From assembly GCA_963826785.1 (NCBI GenBank), contig CAWGYD010000004.1, forward strand, positions 128,001 through 192,000: 64,000 bases of DNA. Direction: 5' to 3'. The notes under the pieces were generated by a model, which had not been told where the DNA came from, did not search any database, and worked only from the letters and a program-made list of their open reading frames with translations. The stretch comes from an uncultured delta proteobacterium (GTDB lineage Bacteria > Desulfobacterota > Desulfobacteria > Desulfobacterales > Desulfosalsimonadaceae). Each line of letters opens with the position of its first letter. Position 1 is the stretch's first letter. Shown one piece after another: positions 52,277-63,602 of this stretch. The position numbers and the translations under genes were made by a program.

Positions 52277-54835
52277 CTACTTCAGAAATAGACTCCGGAT
52301 AAAGCAGGAGCCATCGTCGTCGTCGTCATCGTTTTGGTCCTGTGAAGCGGCAAACAGCGGAAATTCCCGGTAGGCGAACGGGTCGAAGACACTGGTCATG
52401 GAGTAGAAGTTGTCATCGAAGACCGGCATGCCCTGGGCGTCTGCCAGGATGGTGCCGGACTCGCCCAGGGGGAACATGCTCTGGATACGGACCGGGCCGG
52501 TTTGACCCATTTCCACGCAGTGGGCATAGGTCGACCGGGATGAAAACGGCATGGTGTGCAGCGGATTCAATGCCAGGGGCGGATTATTGAACATGGGGTG
52601 GTTGAATTCGATCACGCCCCGCTTGTCGGTCCCCCAGGGCCGGGCATCCAGGGGGAGCTGCTCGGCCAGGACATTGTCCAGGGCCGCCACAATGATGGCA
52701 TTGGCGGTCTGGGGCGCATCGGCATCCATTGCATTGGCGAACCAGTCATAGTTATTGACGATGGAGGCGTCTTCGCCGGCCAGTCCGTGCAGCAGCACAT
52801 TGAACATCACCAATGTGTTCTTCCACTGCGCCTTATCGGTATCATACTCGGTGGAGTCTCCCAGTTCATCCAAAAAGGTCAGGTTGATTACTTCCCGGAT
52901 CCAGGCGTCGGCCAGCATCCAGGCATCGGACCGGTCCATCCCTTTTTTCCAGTTGTCCCTGCCGCCCTTGACAAAGTGGCCGTCGAACCCGTCCATGATG
53001 GCCAGGGCCTCGGTGCGGGCCGGTGAGGGATCTTTGGATACCGCATACCGGAAGTCGTCTTCAACAAAGGCCCAGGGATTTCCGCCGCTGCCGAAGGAAT
53101 CGGTGGTGGCGATGTACAGGGCCAGGTCCCGCACGTCCGCAAAGCTCAGGTTATCGTGGGTGGTGAGGTAATCCTTGAGCACGTGGGCCCGGTGAAACGG
53201 GCCGAAGAAGTAGCTCAGGTTGTTGTAGGAATTGGGGTAATCCGCGCTGCTCTTGTTGTTCCAGCCGGCATAGAATTCCTGGTGGGTGTTGCGGTCCGTG
53301 GAGAGGGGTTTTAGGTCATCGACGCTCCACTCCGCCTGGGCGCCGGACATGCCCTGGGGAAAGCGCCAGTCCACCGGCTGGTCGTTGATGATGGAGGGGC
53401 GGACCGGGTCCATCCCCGACATCCAGTAGGCGATGTTCCCGTCGTTGTCGGCGTAGCAGAAATGCTGGCTGACCGCAACATTTCGCAGGGCCGCGCCGAA
53501 TTCATCCATGCTCTTTGCCCGGGCCAGGTTCAGAAATGCGGTCAGTGTGCCGAATTCCTTGCCCCACTGGGAATATTTCCAGGCGACGATGGGGCCGTCG
53601 GTGGCCGCATTGTAGGTCTGGGGATTGAAATTGGCCGGGTTGACGATGGGGCCGTGGGGGGAGCGGGTGACGGGGATGGTCACCGGCGCCTGGCCGGCCA
53701 CGTTGATGGTTTCGCTGCGGGTCGTGTAATAGCCTTCCGGCGCCGAACCCGGTGCGGGTTCAAAATAATAATCCACCGTGTGGGCATGCCCCACCTGCAT
53801 GGACCAGGCATGATGCGGTGTGCGGCCGATGACGATGCCGGGGAGTCCGGCGATGGCCATGCCGGAGATGTTTAAACCCGCCGCTTCGATGGAGCCCTCC
53901 TGGCAGATGGCGGGCGTGTCGAATCCCATCTGGGGTCCGGAATAGAGGATAGGGCGGCCCGAGGCGGTCTTGTTCCCGCTGATCACCCAGGCATAGGAGC
54001 CCATCCTGGCGAAGGCATTGATCTTTTCAAGCTTTTCCTGGCGGTCCGCCCACCGGTTCTCCAGGGATTCGGCCATTGACTGCAGATCCGATCCCGGCAT
54101 GGACGCCGGCGCCGTCACTTCCGGCCCTGCATTTTTTACCGCCATGGCCCCTGCCACCGCCTGGTCGGAAAAATCCGGGATGTAGGTGTAGGCCGCCGGG
54201 TCGTTGGTCCAGCGCAGGTCGTTGAACATGGCAAATCCCTGGGCCTGGCCGAACACGGTGCTGAGGTACTGCAGGAGGGCGGCATTGTCGACCTGTCCTG
54301 ATTTTTGGGCTTCAGGGTCGAAATTGCGAAGCATGAGCGCCTCCCAGGCCATTACATCTTCCACCGTCCAGTTGGCCGGTATATACGGAGTGCCCATCTG
54401 CTGGGAAAGAACCTGGAACTCAAAGGGAAGCTGGCTGGGATCGGCGGCGATTTCGGCGATCCGCCGGTTGAACCCGGCCACATATCCATTGATCACTTCC
54501 CGGGAGTCTTCATCCAGGGCATTGAATCCGGCGGTCAGTTCCGCGTCCGTGTACCCGGTCATGCGCACCAGCGCGTCCTGGTTCAGGTAGTCCGATCCGA
54601 AGATGGCGGCCAGGTTGCCGTTGGCGGACCGGCGGAACAGCTCCGCCTGCCAGAGCCGGTCGGTGGCCACGGCATATCCCATGGCCTCGAACACATCATA
54701 GAGGGTCTCATCCGCGTCCCCCTTGATGAACCAGACCCCCTTGTCATCCCGGGTGGTGGTCACGGCGGCGTTGGCTGAGATGGTGAAAGCGAAAACAATC
54801 AGTGTTACCAGAAAAAACCAGCGTTTGCCCTTCAT
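52277..54835 (-). CDS. Exported penicillin acylase family (Ntn hydrolase) with CFI-box-like C-terminus
   Basis: Signal peptide, DRLWQ, GSYAWVISG nucleophile site, HGPIV, GESG; ends DDDDDDGSCFIRSLFLK. Confidence 0.9.
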   Translation of the reverse strand: MKGKRWFFLVTLIVFAFTISANAAVTTTRDDKGVWFIKGDADETLYDVFEAMGYAVATDRLWQAELFRRSANGNLAAIFGSDYLNQDALVRMTGYTDAELTAGFNALDEDSREVINGYVAGFNRRIAEIAADPSQLPFEFQVLSQQMGTPYIPANWTVEDVMAWEALMLRNFDPEAQKSGQVDNAALLQYLSTVFGQAQGFAMFNDLRWTNDPAAYTYIPDFSDQAVAGAMAVKNAGPEVTAPASMPGSDLQSMAESLENRWADRQEKLEKINAFARMGSYAWVISGNKTASGRPILYSGPQMGFDTPAICQEGSIEAAGLNISGMAIAGLPGIVIGRTPHHAWSMQVGHAHTVDYYFEPAPGSAPEGYYTTRSETINVAGQAPVTIPVTRSPHGPIVNPANFNPQTYNAATDGPIVAWKYSQWGKEFGTLTAFLNLARAKSMDEFGAALRNVAVSQHFCYADNDGNIAYWMSGMDPVRPSIINDQPVDWRFPQGMSGAQAEWSVDDLKPLSTDRNTHQEFYAGWNNKSSADYPNSYNNLSYFFGPFHRAHVLKDYLTTHDNLSFADVRDLALYIATTDSFGSGGNPWAFVEDDFRYAVSKDPSPARTEALAIMDGFDGHFVKGGRDNWKKGMDRSDAWMLADAWIREVINLTFLDELGDSTEYDTDKAQWKNTLVMFNVLLHGLAGEDASIVNNYDWFANAMDADAPQTANAIIVAALDNVLAEQLPLDARPWGTDKRGVIEFNHPMFNNPPLALNPLHTMPFSSRSTYAHCVEMGQTGPVRIQSMFPLGESGTILADAQGMPVFDDNFYSMTSVFDPFAYREFPLFAASQDQNDDDDDDGSCFIRSLFLK

Positions 54836-55127
54836 TTTTCCTCCTTTGCCAGAGTTAATGCATTCTCAGGTGATGAAAACCGGATGGGTTTATCGGTTTG
54901 AACGGGTGAGCATCAAGTATACTGAAGTGATATCTTTGGGGGGCTGTTTTCACAGCTTCATTTATTGCATTGATGCGCCGATGTGTCAACCTGAATGAGG
55001 GCGTTGGCGCGTCGGGATAGAGGCGGGCAGAAAAGAAAGGGTTTCCCGCTATTTTCTTGAATCGGGCGTGGAAGTGAAAACGGGAGCGATCCCACCGGAT
55101 GGGCAGATGATTGGCAAACCCGATTTC

Positions 55128-55464
55128 TCAGGCAAAATTCAGGATCATACTGTCGTGGGCGGTGTACGTCTTAAACGGCATACCGGCTTCACGGGCGACA
55201 TATCCGGGGACCGCAATACCGGAGCCGAATTGCGCGTAATCGACAAAGGTCCTGCCGTCGATCAGAACTTTCATTCCCTTGGCCGGGGCTTTCAGCAAGA
55301 TGATGGCGCTGACATTTTGAAACCGGGACTGAATATCGAGACAAGCCGAGCTTCCCCGCCTGCTGTCCGATATCGACTTCCATATAGTTTTGCGACGCAT
55401 CGTCAATTTCATATTTGTAGGTTTCACCGATGTGGTTCAATACATTATTCAGATCCACGTTCAT
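55128..55464 (-). CDS. Hypothetical protein (about 110 aa) split by a frameshift near 55345
   Basis: GGAGG RBS before ATG 55464; two overlapping ORFs join into one plausible protein. Confidence 0.6.
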
Positions 55465-55660
55465 GGTATGCCTCCAAAACAGGTGGTTAAGCAGGACTAA
55501 AAAATCCTATGTGACCCACAATCTTTCTTTAAGGTAAGGGGGGCGGAGGCAAAGTCAATTCCATCCCATATACCTATCCGCTTGCGGCAGCCCTTGTTGC
55601 CGTTTATGTTTATGTCGAATCTGCTCATTTCTATTCATTTAAAAATTTTCCGAGGCATGC

Positions 55661-57185
55661 ATGGGCAACCGGATCGGATTTCAAAATCCCCCTTTGGAAG
55701 ATATGGTCGCAGTCGGCGCCATCAGCCCCTATGGGTTTCGGCTGTGGTTCAGGTCGAATACCCCCGGAAGCGTATTCATCCGCTGGCAAAAAGACGATCA
55801 GCCCTCTCAAGAGATTTGGGTGGATATCCCTCCGAATAATCCGAATGATAACACCGCCGCCGTCCAAATCGGCGGCGACGGTCCTTCGGAACATCGTCTG
55901 AGTCCCGGCAACCCCTTACAATTACGAGGTGCGCCATGCCGATGGCCGGCTCATCGGCGATGGGCGTGTTGAAACCGCCCCGGAAGTCCCGGGCGATATC
56001 ACCGGCCGCTATGCATTTGCGCTGATGAGCTGCAACCAGCCGTTCAAGCACGACGGCCGGGTAAATCCCACCACGGGACAGATGCTCGGAGCCGCGCTGA
56101 CATGCATCGAAAATCATCATGTCAAATATGCGCTGCTCATGGGTGATCAAATGTATGCGGACATGCCCGCTCCATTATCCCTGTTCAACCCGGATTATTT
56201 TGCCACCATCGCCCCGGACGGAAAAAAAGCCATTCAGGAGTGCACGGCCCAGGAGGTGCGGCAACTGTACCACCGGCGATATCGCCAGTTCTGGAATCTT
56301 CCCGGATTCAAACGCCTGCGGAGCGCTCTGCCCTGCTATCCCATACTGGATGATCATGATATCATCGACAACTGGGGATCGGATCCGGAACACCAGGAGG
56401 AAAAATGGGGTCGATTCATCAATGGCGCGCTGCTGGCATATATGGACTACCAGGGGGCGCCGGTTCTGCCCGTGGGCGATCGCCTTCCTGATTCTTTTGA
56501 CTACACGTTCTCCTATGGCCCCACCGCCACCTACGTGCTGGATCTGCGGTCCAACCGTCTGGCGGGAAAGAACGGCCGCATTTTCTCCGATCATCAGGAG
56601 GCCGGCCTGAAACGGTTTTTAAATACCCGTATGGAGCCGATCCTGTTTATCGTCTTGAGCGTGCCCGTGATTCATCTGCCCCGGTGGTTTTCCAAGGTCA
56701 TGGCCCGGATTTTCCCGGAACATGAAGACTTTTCAGACCGGTGGTCCACCGGGGCGCATATCCGGGACCGGGACCGGGTTCTTGAGATGATCCATGCGCA
56801 CCAGTCCGCAAATCCCGCTCAGCGGATCATCCTGCTCAGCGGAGACATCCATATCGGATGCGTGCATCAAATCCGTTTCGGGAGCCGGGTGGTCTATCAG
56901 ATGGTCTCCAGCCCCATCACCCATACGAACCACTTTCTGGTAAAGGTGGGGGCAAAATGGCTGATCCGGTCCAACCGGCGATACATGACCCGCGACGGCC
57001 GTCTGCAGGGAAAAATTCGGCTGTTGCGCGGGGGAAAAGAGCACACCAATCCATACGGCGGATTGAACATCGGCCTGGTGGAAATTGAACCCGGCGGGCA
57101 GGATTATGCCCCGAAGTTTCGGTTTCTGCTCTACGGGCACCAAAACGGGCGCCCCAGGTGTGTTTTTCGGTCGCCGTGGATCTGA
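55661..57185 (+). CDS. PhoD-like metallophosphatase; frameshift near 55910
   Basis: SCNQP, MGDQMYAD, LDDHDIIDNWG, LDLRS, LSGDIH; N-terminal domain lies in another frame. Confidence 0.85.
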
Positions 57186-57239
57186 TGCGAAATGAATCCT
57201 TTGACTCCGGGCGCCTGTTTTTAAGTCCCTGCTTTTTTT

Positions 57240-57330
57240 TGCTCCGGTGGGCCATGAAATGTCCGAACTGAAGGCACAGCAGCGTCCACAGGGCGCCGGC
57301 GGTCCAGCCGGCCAGCACATCCGTGGGCAC
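57240..57330 (-). pseudogene. C-terminal fragment of a PAP2-family phosphatase
   Basis: PTDVLAGWTAGALWTLLC resembles the tail of PAP2 motif 3; upstream catalytic residues are absent. Confidence 0.5.
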
Positions 57331-57563
57331 AGACGGCTTTTCTCCAGACCCACCGAAAAATGATCCATCGGACATGCGATCGGTCTCCTGAACGGGTTAA
57401 TATTTACCTAACCATAACAACAGGGAGGGGATTTTGCATCAGGCCACATGTCAATTCCCTGATGGTACCCGGGTGAAAAAAGGATATCCCGGGCCGGAAA
57501 AATTGCCCGGGTTTGCCCGAAGTCTTAGTTTATATAAAAAACCCTAAAAAAAGAGACGATGAG

Positions 57564-58091
57564 ATGAATCATCCGGCAAAAAGACCCGCCCCCACCCGGA
57601 TGCAGGTGGTCCGGAACTCTTCCATTCTGCTCATGACAATGGTGCTCTTTTCCTGTTCGGCGGTATCCAAACAGATGCGGACCGAGGCAGTGGATGTCCC
57701 TTTTGAGACGCTGGCCTGGGACACGGAGCCGTACATCGGCAAGACCGTCATCCTGGGCGGCTATATTTATGATCGGCGGGTGCATCTGGGGGTGACCCAG
57801 CTGATCATCCTGCAGGCGCCACTGGGTCTCTCGGATCAGCCTAAATCAAAAAAGGATTCCAAGGGGTTTTTCATGGCGCTGTGCGCCGGCGACCTCGATC
57901 CGGAAATCTACCGGGTCGGTCAGGACGTCACCGTGGCCGGTACGGTCATGGGCAGGGAGATACCGGATTTTGGCGATATCAGAAAACCGATGGTGCAAAT
58001 ACGCGTTCGTGAAATTCACTATTGGGAATACGGGCACAATGAAGACCGCTGGTATGATGTTTTACAAGCCGTCCCAAGCCCGGGCAAGTAG
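57564..58091 (+). CDS. Slp family outer-membrane lipoprotein
   Basis: Lipobox LFSC; GKTVILGG, LDPEIY..G..VTVAG, IHYW. Confidence 0.85.
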   Translation: MNHPAKRPAPTRMQVVRNSSILLMTMVLFSCSAVSKQMRTEAVDVPFETLAWDTEPYIGKTVILGGYIYDRRVHLGVTQLIILQAPLGLSDQPKSKKDSKGFFMALCAGDLDPEIYRVGQDVTVAGTVMGREIPDFGDIRKPMVQIRVREIHYWEYGHNEDRWYDVLQAVPSPGK

Positions 58092-58115
58092 AAGCCGCTG
58101 CACGCATCCTTGAAA

Positions 58116-58520
58116 TTACATCTGCTGCAGAATCTGTTTGACCTGGCTGCCGTCCGCCCGGGGGCCGAAATGGGCCATGATGTCTTTCATGGCCTGCATC
58201 TTGTTCTTGTAGGCAGTGAAATCGATATTTTCATCGATCCAGTTTCGGATTTCAGTTTCATCTGCCATGCGGGGCAGGTAGGCCTCCAGAATTTCGATAT
58301 AGGGCGTATCTCCCTGGCTTTTTGTGTGGGCCAGTGTTTCACGTTCTGAATTGATGAGTTTTTTTAAAATTTTCACCACGTCGTCGTCGGGCAGGGCCTT
58401 TTTGTCGCTTCGGCCAAACTCGCCCATGACGACCCGCAGCGCACTTTTCTTTTCCTCGTTTTTTTCTTTCATGGCCCGCATGAGATCCTGCTTGATCTTT
58501 TCCTGAATGGTCATTTTCAT
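58116..58520 (-). CDS. GatB/YqeY domain protein
   Basis: DLMRAMKEK, ILEAYLP, ADG; GAGGAG RBS. Confidence 0.88.
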   Translation of the reverse strand: MKMTIQEKIKQDLMRAMKEKNEEKKSALRVVMGEFGRSDKKALPDDDVVKILKKLINSERETLAHTKSQGDTPYIEILEAYLPRMADETEIRNWIDENIDFTAYKNKMQAMKDIMAHFGPRADGSQVKQILQQM

Positions 58521-59220
58521 GCTCCTCATGTAAAACGTGTGTCGAAAAATTTACCGGTATTTTGCGAGAGCATTGATATCCTGAATTTTGCAAAAGAACA
58601 AGCCGTAACCGGATGCAGGCGCCGGGTCGTTCTATTCATGTCCTTATGGGGTAATTTTCGGGTGGATACTGTTTAATTTTATCCGAAATAAATGATTTCA
58701 GTTACTTTGAAACAGTCAAGGCGGTCGGCTGCATTTGATTTCACGTCAATGAATCATTTCCTCATATTTCCCAAGTAACCGATTGCGTTGAATAGTTCGT
58801 TGAATTTAGACAAAAATACAATAAAAACAAAAGATTGTAAATATTGAAAGATTTAGTGAAACAGCAGGCGAAACGCTGATAATGCAATAGAATCAATTTT
58901 TTGAAAGATAAATCATCCGGAAACCAAGAACGGGTATTCTGACATAAAGCAAGATCACTCAATAAATACTTTACGAAAAGAGACATGCTAATGCTTAAAA
59001 ATAAAACATATACGGTCAATCATGTATTTTCAATCGGAGCAATACTTTGTTACTTCTAAAGTGCAGTTCTTCAGTAAACTGGCCTTTTCTATGAAATCAT
59101 AGGAGGGCGATGGACCCCAAAAGTGACAGCGGCATCCGATCAATATCAAAATCCATTCATCACAGGCGGTCGGATTCATGAAGGCAACAGATTACGCATC
59201 TCATGTGAAGGAGAGTCCTG

Positions 59221-59892
59221 ATGACCGGAACCTTAGTGGAAAACAATCATCTGCATGATCAGCGATTCCGTCCATATTCGTTGAATGCTCAATCCGCAGC
59301 AGGCGCCGTGCCTGCCGGTCTTTTCAAAATGATTATAAATGAAGATGCCCCCTCATGGAAATCAAGATCGCGTCTATATCCGATGAATCCGCGAAAGGGT
59401 CTTACCATGAAAACACGGCGGGCGCTGCATTTTGTTCCCCAGGAAAGTGCCGGCGTGTTGCTGATTATCGGTGAACCCCGTGATGTGGCAACGGCTGCCG
59501 AGCGTCTGAAGAATCATTTTTTGTGTATCCTGCTGCTCAATCCCGGCGATTCACCCGATCCGGAAGGCACGGTCGCCCGCAATAAAGGGGGGAATGGCCC
59601 CCTTGCCATACAGGTCACCGCACGGCTGAGATCGCTAAGAGGCCACCTGGGCCGGTTTTCCGCCACTGTTTCCTGCAGCCACCTCTCCGCCGACCTGATG
59701 TATTTTACGACAGGAAAGTGCGAATATGTTGATCTGGTTCTGGATCTGGGCAAAAAAGAGGTGATGCCTGCCGAATCTCAGCCCTACGGCTACTTCGCCC
59801 CGGGACCGGATATGACAGAGCGCTTAGCGGTCCTTCAAACCCTGATATCCCTGTCCGGCCTGATACGTGATCTCAAGCATGCCGTCCCCTGA
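59221..59892 (+). CDS. Hypothetical protein resembling the non-Fe-S N-terminal part of polyferredoxin-type proteins
   Basis: SAGVLLIIG, GHLGRF, DLVLDLG, PYGYFAPG; AGGAG RBS; start uncertain. Confidence 0.45.
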   Translation: MTGTLVENNHLHDQRFRPYSLNAQSAAGAVPAGLFKMIINEDAPSWKSRSRLYPMNPRKGLTMKTRRALHFVPQESAGVLLIIGEPRDVATAAERLKNHFLCILLLNPGDSPDPEGTVARNKGGNGPLAIQVTARLRSLRGHLGRFSATVSCSHLSADLMYFTTGKCEYVDLVLDLGKKEVMPAESQPYGYFAPGPDMTERLAVLQTLISLSGLIRDLKHAVP

Positions 59893-59939
59893 TGATCCGG
59901 GAGCGCCGGGCGCCCCTTCAGCCGGATCAGCCGGTAAAT

Positions 59940-61298
59940 TCAGTTGCGCATACTGGTTACCGGGGCGGGGAGGCGGCCGCCGCGCCTGAGAAAGTCTTTT
60001 GCGGAAAACGGGTTGACGTGCATGACCGGCGCGGTGCCCAGCAGGCCGCCGAATTCCACCAGATCGCCCGCCTTTGCGCCCGGAACCGGGATGACCCGCA
60101 CGGCAGTGGTTTTGTTGTTGATGATGCCGATGGACAATTCGTCGGCGATAATCGCATTGATGGTCTCCTCGGGGGTATCTCCGGGGATGGCGAACATATC
60201 CAGTCCCACGGAGCAGACCGCGGTGAGGGCTTCGAGCTTGTCCAGCCCCAGGGCGCCGGCCTGCACCGCCTCGATCATCCCGGTGTCTTCGCTGACGGGA
60301 ATGAACGTACCGGAAAGGCCCCCCACGTTGCCCGAGGCCATGGCCCCCCCTTTCTTGACGGCATTCATCAGCAGGGCCAGGGCTAAAGTCGATCCGTGCG
60401 CTCCGATCCGTTCGATGCCGAAGGCCTCGATGACATTTGCCACGGAATCGCCGGCGGCGGTGGTGGAGGCCAGCGAGATATCCACGATGCCGAAAGGAAC
60501 GTCAAGTGCCCCGGCCAGTTCCCGGCCGATCAGTTCACCGGCCCGGGTAATTTTAAACACCGTGCGCTTGATGACCTCCGACAGCTGGGTCAGATCGCAT
60601 TCCCTGTTTTTTTCCACCACGCTCTTGACCACCCCCGGTCCGGAGATGCCGATGTTTAAGGCCACATCCGCTTCGCCCACCCCGTGGAAGGCGCCCGCCA
60701 TGAAGGGGTTGTCTTCGGGGGCGTTGGCAAATACCACGAACTTGGCGCAGCCGACGGCATTTTCGGTTTTGGCGGCCGTTTTCTTCAGCATCCCCCCGAT
60801 GAGGTTGATCGCATCCAGGTTCAGGCCGGAGATGGAAGATCCGACATTCAAAAACGAGCACACCCGGCTGGTGGCGCTCAAAACCTCCGGCAGGGTGGCG
60901 ATCAGCATCCGGTCTGCGGCGGTAAATCCCTTGTGCACCAGGGCGCCGAATCCGCCGATGAAATCGATGCCGGCATCCCGGGCGGCCGCATCCAGGGTTC
61001 TTGCCATGTCCACGAATTTTTCTTCCTGGCAGTGGATTTCCATGATCAGGCTGGCCGGGGTGATGGCGATGCGCTTATTGACGATGGGGATGCCGTACTT
61101 GAGTTCCAGTTTTTCAGATTGGGTGATCAACTGAGACGCATAGCGGTGAATTTTTTCGTACACCTTGTCCTTGAACCGGGAAAAATCCGAGTCGATGCAG
61201 TCCTTGAGGTTGATTCCCAACGTGGTGGTCCGGATATCGAGGTTCTGGTACAGGGTCATGCTGGCGGTTTCGTATATTTCTTCAAGCGAGATGGCCAT
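59940..61298 (-). CDS. DUF711/UPF0210 (PFL-like) protein
   Basis: LDIRTTTLGINL, PIVNKRIAITP, DNPFMAGAFHG, VCSVGLDM. Confidence 0.92.
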   Translation of the reverse strand: MAISLEEIYETASMTLYQNLDIRTTTLGINLKDCIDSDFSRFKDKVYEKIHRYASQLITQSEKLELKYGIPIVNKRIAITPASLIMEIHCQEEKFVDMARTLDAAARDAGIDFIGGFGALVHKGFTAADRMLIATLPEVLSATSRVCSFLNVGSSISGLNLDAINLIGGMLKKTAAKTENAVGCAKFVVFANAPEDNPFMAGAFHGVGEADVALNIGISGPGVVKSVVEKNRECDLTQLSEVIKRTVFKITRAGELIGRELAGALDVPFGIVDISLASTTAAGDSVANVIEAFGIERIGAHGSTLALALLMNAVKKGGAMASGNVGGLSGTFIPVSEDTGMIEAVQAGALGLDKLEALTAVCSVGLDMFAIPGDTPEETINAIIADELSIGIINNKTTAVRVIPVPGAKAGDLVEFGGLLGTAPVMHVNPFSAKDFLRRGGRLPAPVTSMRN

Positions 61299-61302
61299 GT
61301 CG

Positions 61303-61584
61303 TTATACCCTGTGCATCATTTTAAAGATGTTTTCATGCTGGACCTGGACCTTCATCCCCAGATCGGCGCCGATACTCACCAGGTTGTTCACCATTTCAT
61401 CCATTGAAACGACGGCGTCCCTCACATCCACCAGCATGGTCATGACAAAGTAGCCGTCGGTCATGATCCGCTGGTTGATATCGATGATATTGATCTCCTG
61501 CTGGAAGAGATATGCGGAAAAGGTTGCCACGATCCCTTTCCGGTCCTTGCCGATGACGGTGATAAATACCAGTTCTTTTTCCAT
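61303..61584 (-). CDS. ACT domain protein (UPF0237)
   Basis: ITVIGKDRKGIVA, QHENIFKMMHRV; usual partner of DUF711. Confidence 0.9.
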   Translation of the reverse strand: MEKELVFITVIGKDRKGIVATFSAYLFQQEINIIDINQRIMTDGYFVMTMLVDVRDAVVSMDEMVNNLVSIGADLGMKVQVQHENIFKMMHRV

Positions 61585-61968
61585 TTTTCCCCACCTGTAA
61601 GACGTTGTCGGCTCCGGCCTCCGAAGGCTGCCCAGTCGTTTATATCGGGGTATGGAAAAAAAAGAAAACCATTTTTGCCGCAAACAGGATCAAACCCGCT
61701 CTCCGGATGGATTCGCATTCCTGCATGGATCGTAAAACCGCTTTTTATCAGGTTGGGCGTATGGGCGAATTACCGGATCGAAGACGAATTTTTACCCTCC
61801 TGAGGGTATTTTCCTTTTCCAGTCCGCACCGGATGATCAGTCCATGATTCTGCCTCAATCCGTCATATTCACGATTGATGCCTTTTGGTTTTTCTTTTTT
61901 GGAAAATGATCTGAAAATGGCCGTTTTTTCTTTAACCCCTTTAACTCGCAGCATTTAGGAGGTTTCAC

Positions 61969-63491
61969 ATGAAGATAGCAAAAATGATCATCGTTTTGTT
62001 GATGGCAGCGCTGATCCCGCTGACCCTGATCACCGGATGTGATGATGATGATGACGACAACAATGATGCCAATGTTCGGGTTCTCCACATGAGCTATGAT
62101 GCGCCGGCGGTGGATGTGAGATTTGATGATCAGACCGAAATCGCCAATCTGAATTATCCGGAATCCTCCGGCTATGTGGATGTGAATGAAAACGTGAATA
62201 CCATCACCGTGTTCCCCACCGGGGCGGCTGCCGCCACTCCCGCCGTGCTCCAGCAGAATGTGGATCTGGCAAAAGATCAGCATTACACCGTGGTGGTGCT
62301 GGACCAGCTGGCCGATATCGATGCCGTAGTGGCCACGGATGATCGAAAGACGCCTTCGGATCAGGCCAAGGTCCGGTTTATCCATGCGGTACCCGATGCC
62401 CCGGCAGTGGACGTTCATATGGGTTCCGGGGCGGGGCCACCGTTTTTCAAAATGTGGCATTCAAGCAGGTGACCGATTACGTGGAAGTTCCCGGAGGAGA
62501 CTATACGTTTGCGGTGACCCCGGCCAATGCCAGCACCGAACTGGTCCGGTTCAATCCCATCGCCCTGGAAAATGGCAAAGCTTACACCCTTGTGGCCCAT
62601 GGAACTCTCGATGCGGCGGACAATGCGGATTTCGGGGTGCGGGCGTTTACGGACAACGATGATGGCGCCGCCTATGAAGACCTGTCCGACACCCAGGTGA
62701 TGGCGGTCAATTTAACGCCCAATGCCGGACCGGTGGACCTGTATGTCGATGATGAGAGCGCCGGAACCAATCTGGCCTATTCGGAAAACACCGGCTACAT
62801 GAATTTGAATTCCGGCACCCGCACGATCCGGGTGAATACGGCGGGAACACAGAATGCAGTGAGCGAAACCGACCTGGATTGCCAGACCGGAAAACGTTAC
62901 ACGTATCTCGTCGCAGACGATAACATGGAACCACTGGTGCTGGAGGATGATTTCACCCCGCCGCCCGCGGGCATGGCCTATGTGCGCTTTGTGCACCTGG
63001 CGCCGGATGCCCCTCCTGTGGATGTCGCTGCCGATGGGACCGTGCTTTTCAACAACGTGGCCTATGGCGAGTCGGACAACGGCGGGATGTTCACTGCAGT
63101 GGATGCCGGCACCTATGATCTGGAGGTTCGGGCGGCCGGAACCAATACGCCCGTTCTCACCGTGAATAATGTCGCGTTAAATGAGGGGGCGATTTACACT
63201 CTGGTCGCCGAGGGGTACGCCAACCCCGTACCGGGTCAGCCGGCACTCAATGTCCTGGTCATCGAAAACAGGGAAACGGCCGTATCGCCCGATACCCAAA
63301 CCCCGTCGGACATGAATCCTCCTTCCGACGTGCAGACGCCGGACATGGAAACCCCATCGGATATCGTTTCCCCGGTTGATATGGAAACCCCTTCGGATAG
63401 CGATATGCCTTCGGATATGGATAATCCGGATGATATGCAAGCCCCATCGGATATCGAACCGCCGATGGATATGACGATAACGCCGGAATAA
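61969..63491 (+). CDS. DUF4397 repeat lipoprotein; frameshift near 62445
   Basis: Lipobox ITGC, four VRxxHxxPDAPxVD-type repeats spread over two frames; AGGAGG RBS. Confidence 0.85.
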
Positions 63492-63498
63492 GAAAAAA

Positions 63499-63534
63499 TC
63501 CCGTTTTCGATCCTTTCCGGAATGGAAAACGGGA
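63499..63534 (-). terminator. Intrinsic terminator between convergent genes
   Basis: TCCCGTTTTC/GAAAACGGGA stem with a T tract on the minus strand. Confidence 0.65.
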
Positions 63535-63602
63535 GCAGCATTTCAAGAGGGTCAGCGCCGGCCGGATTCGTTTCCAGCCGGCGCTTTGGTGTTCAAAGGG
63601 AC

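Noticed and set aside
59078..59096. Possible sigma54 promoter TGGC-N-TGA
   Set aside because: The -12 element is GA rather than GC and the -24 context is weak
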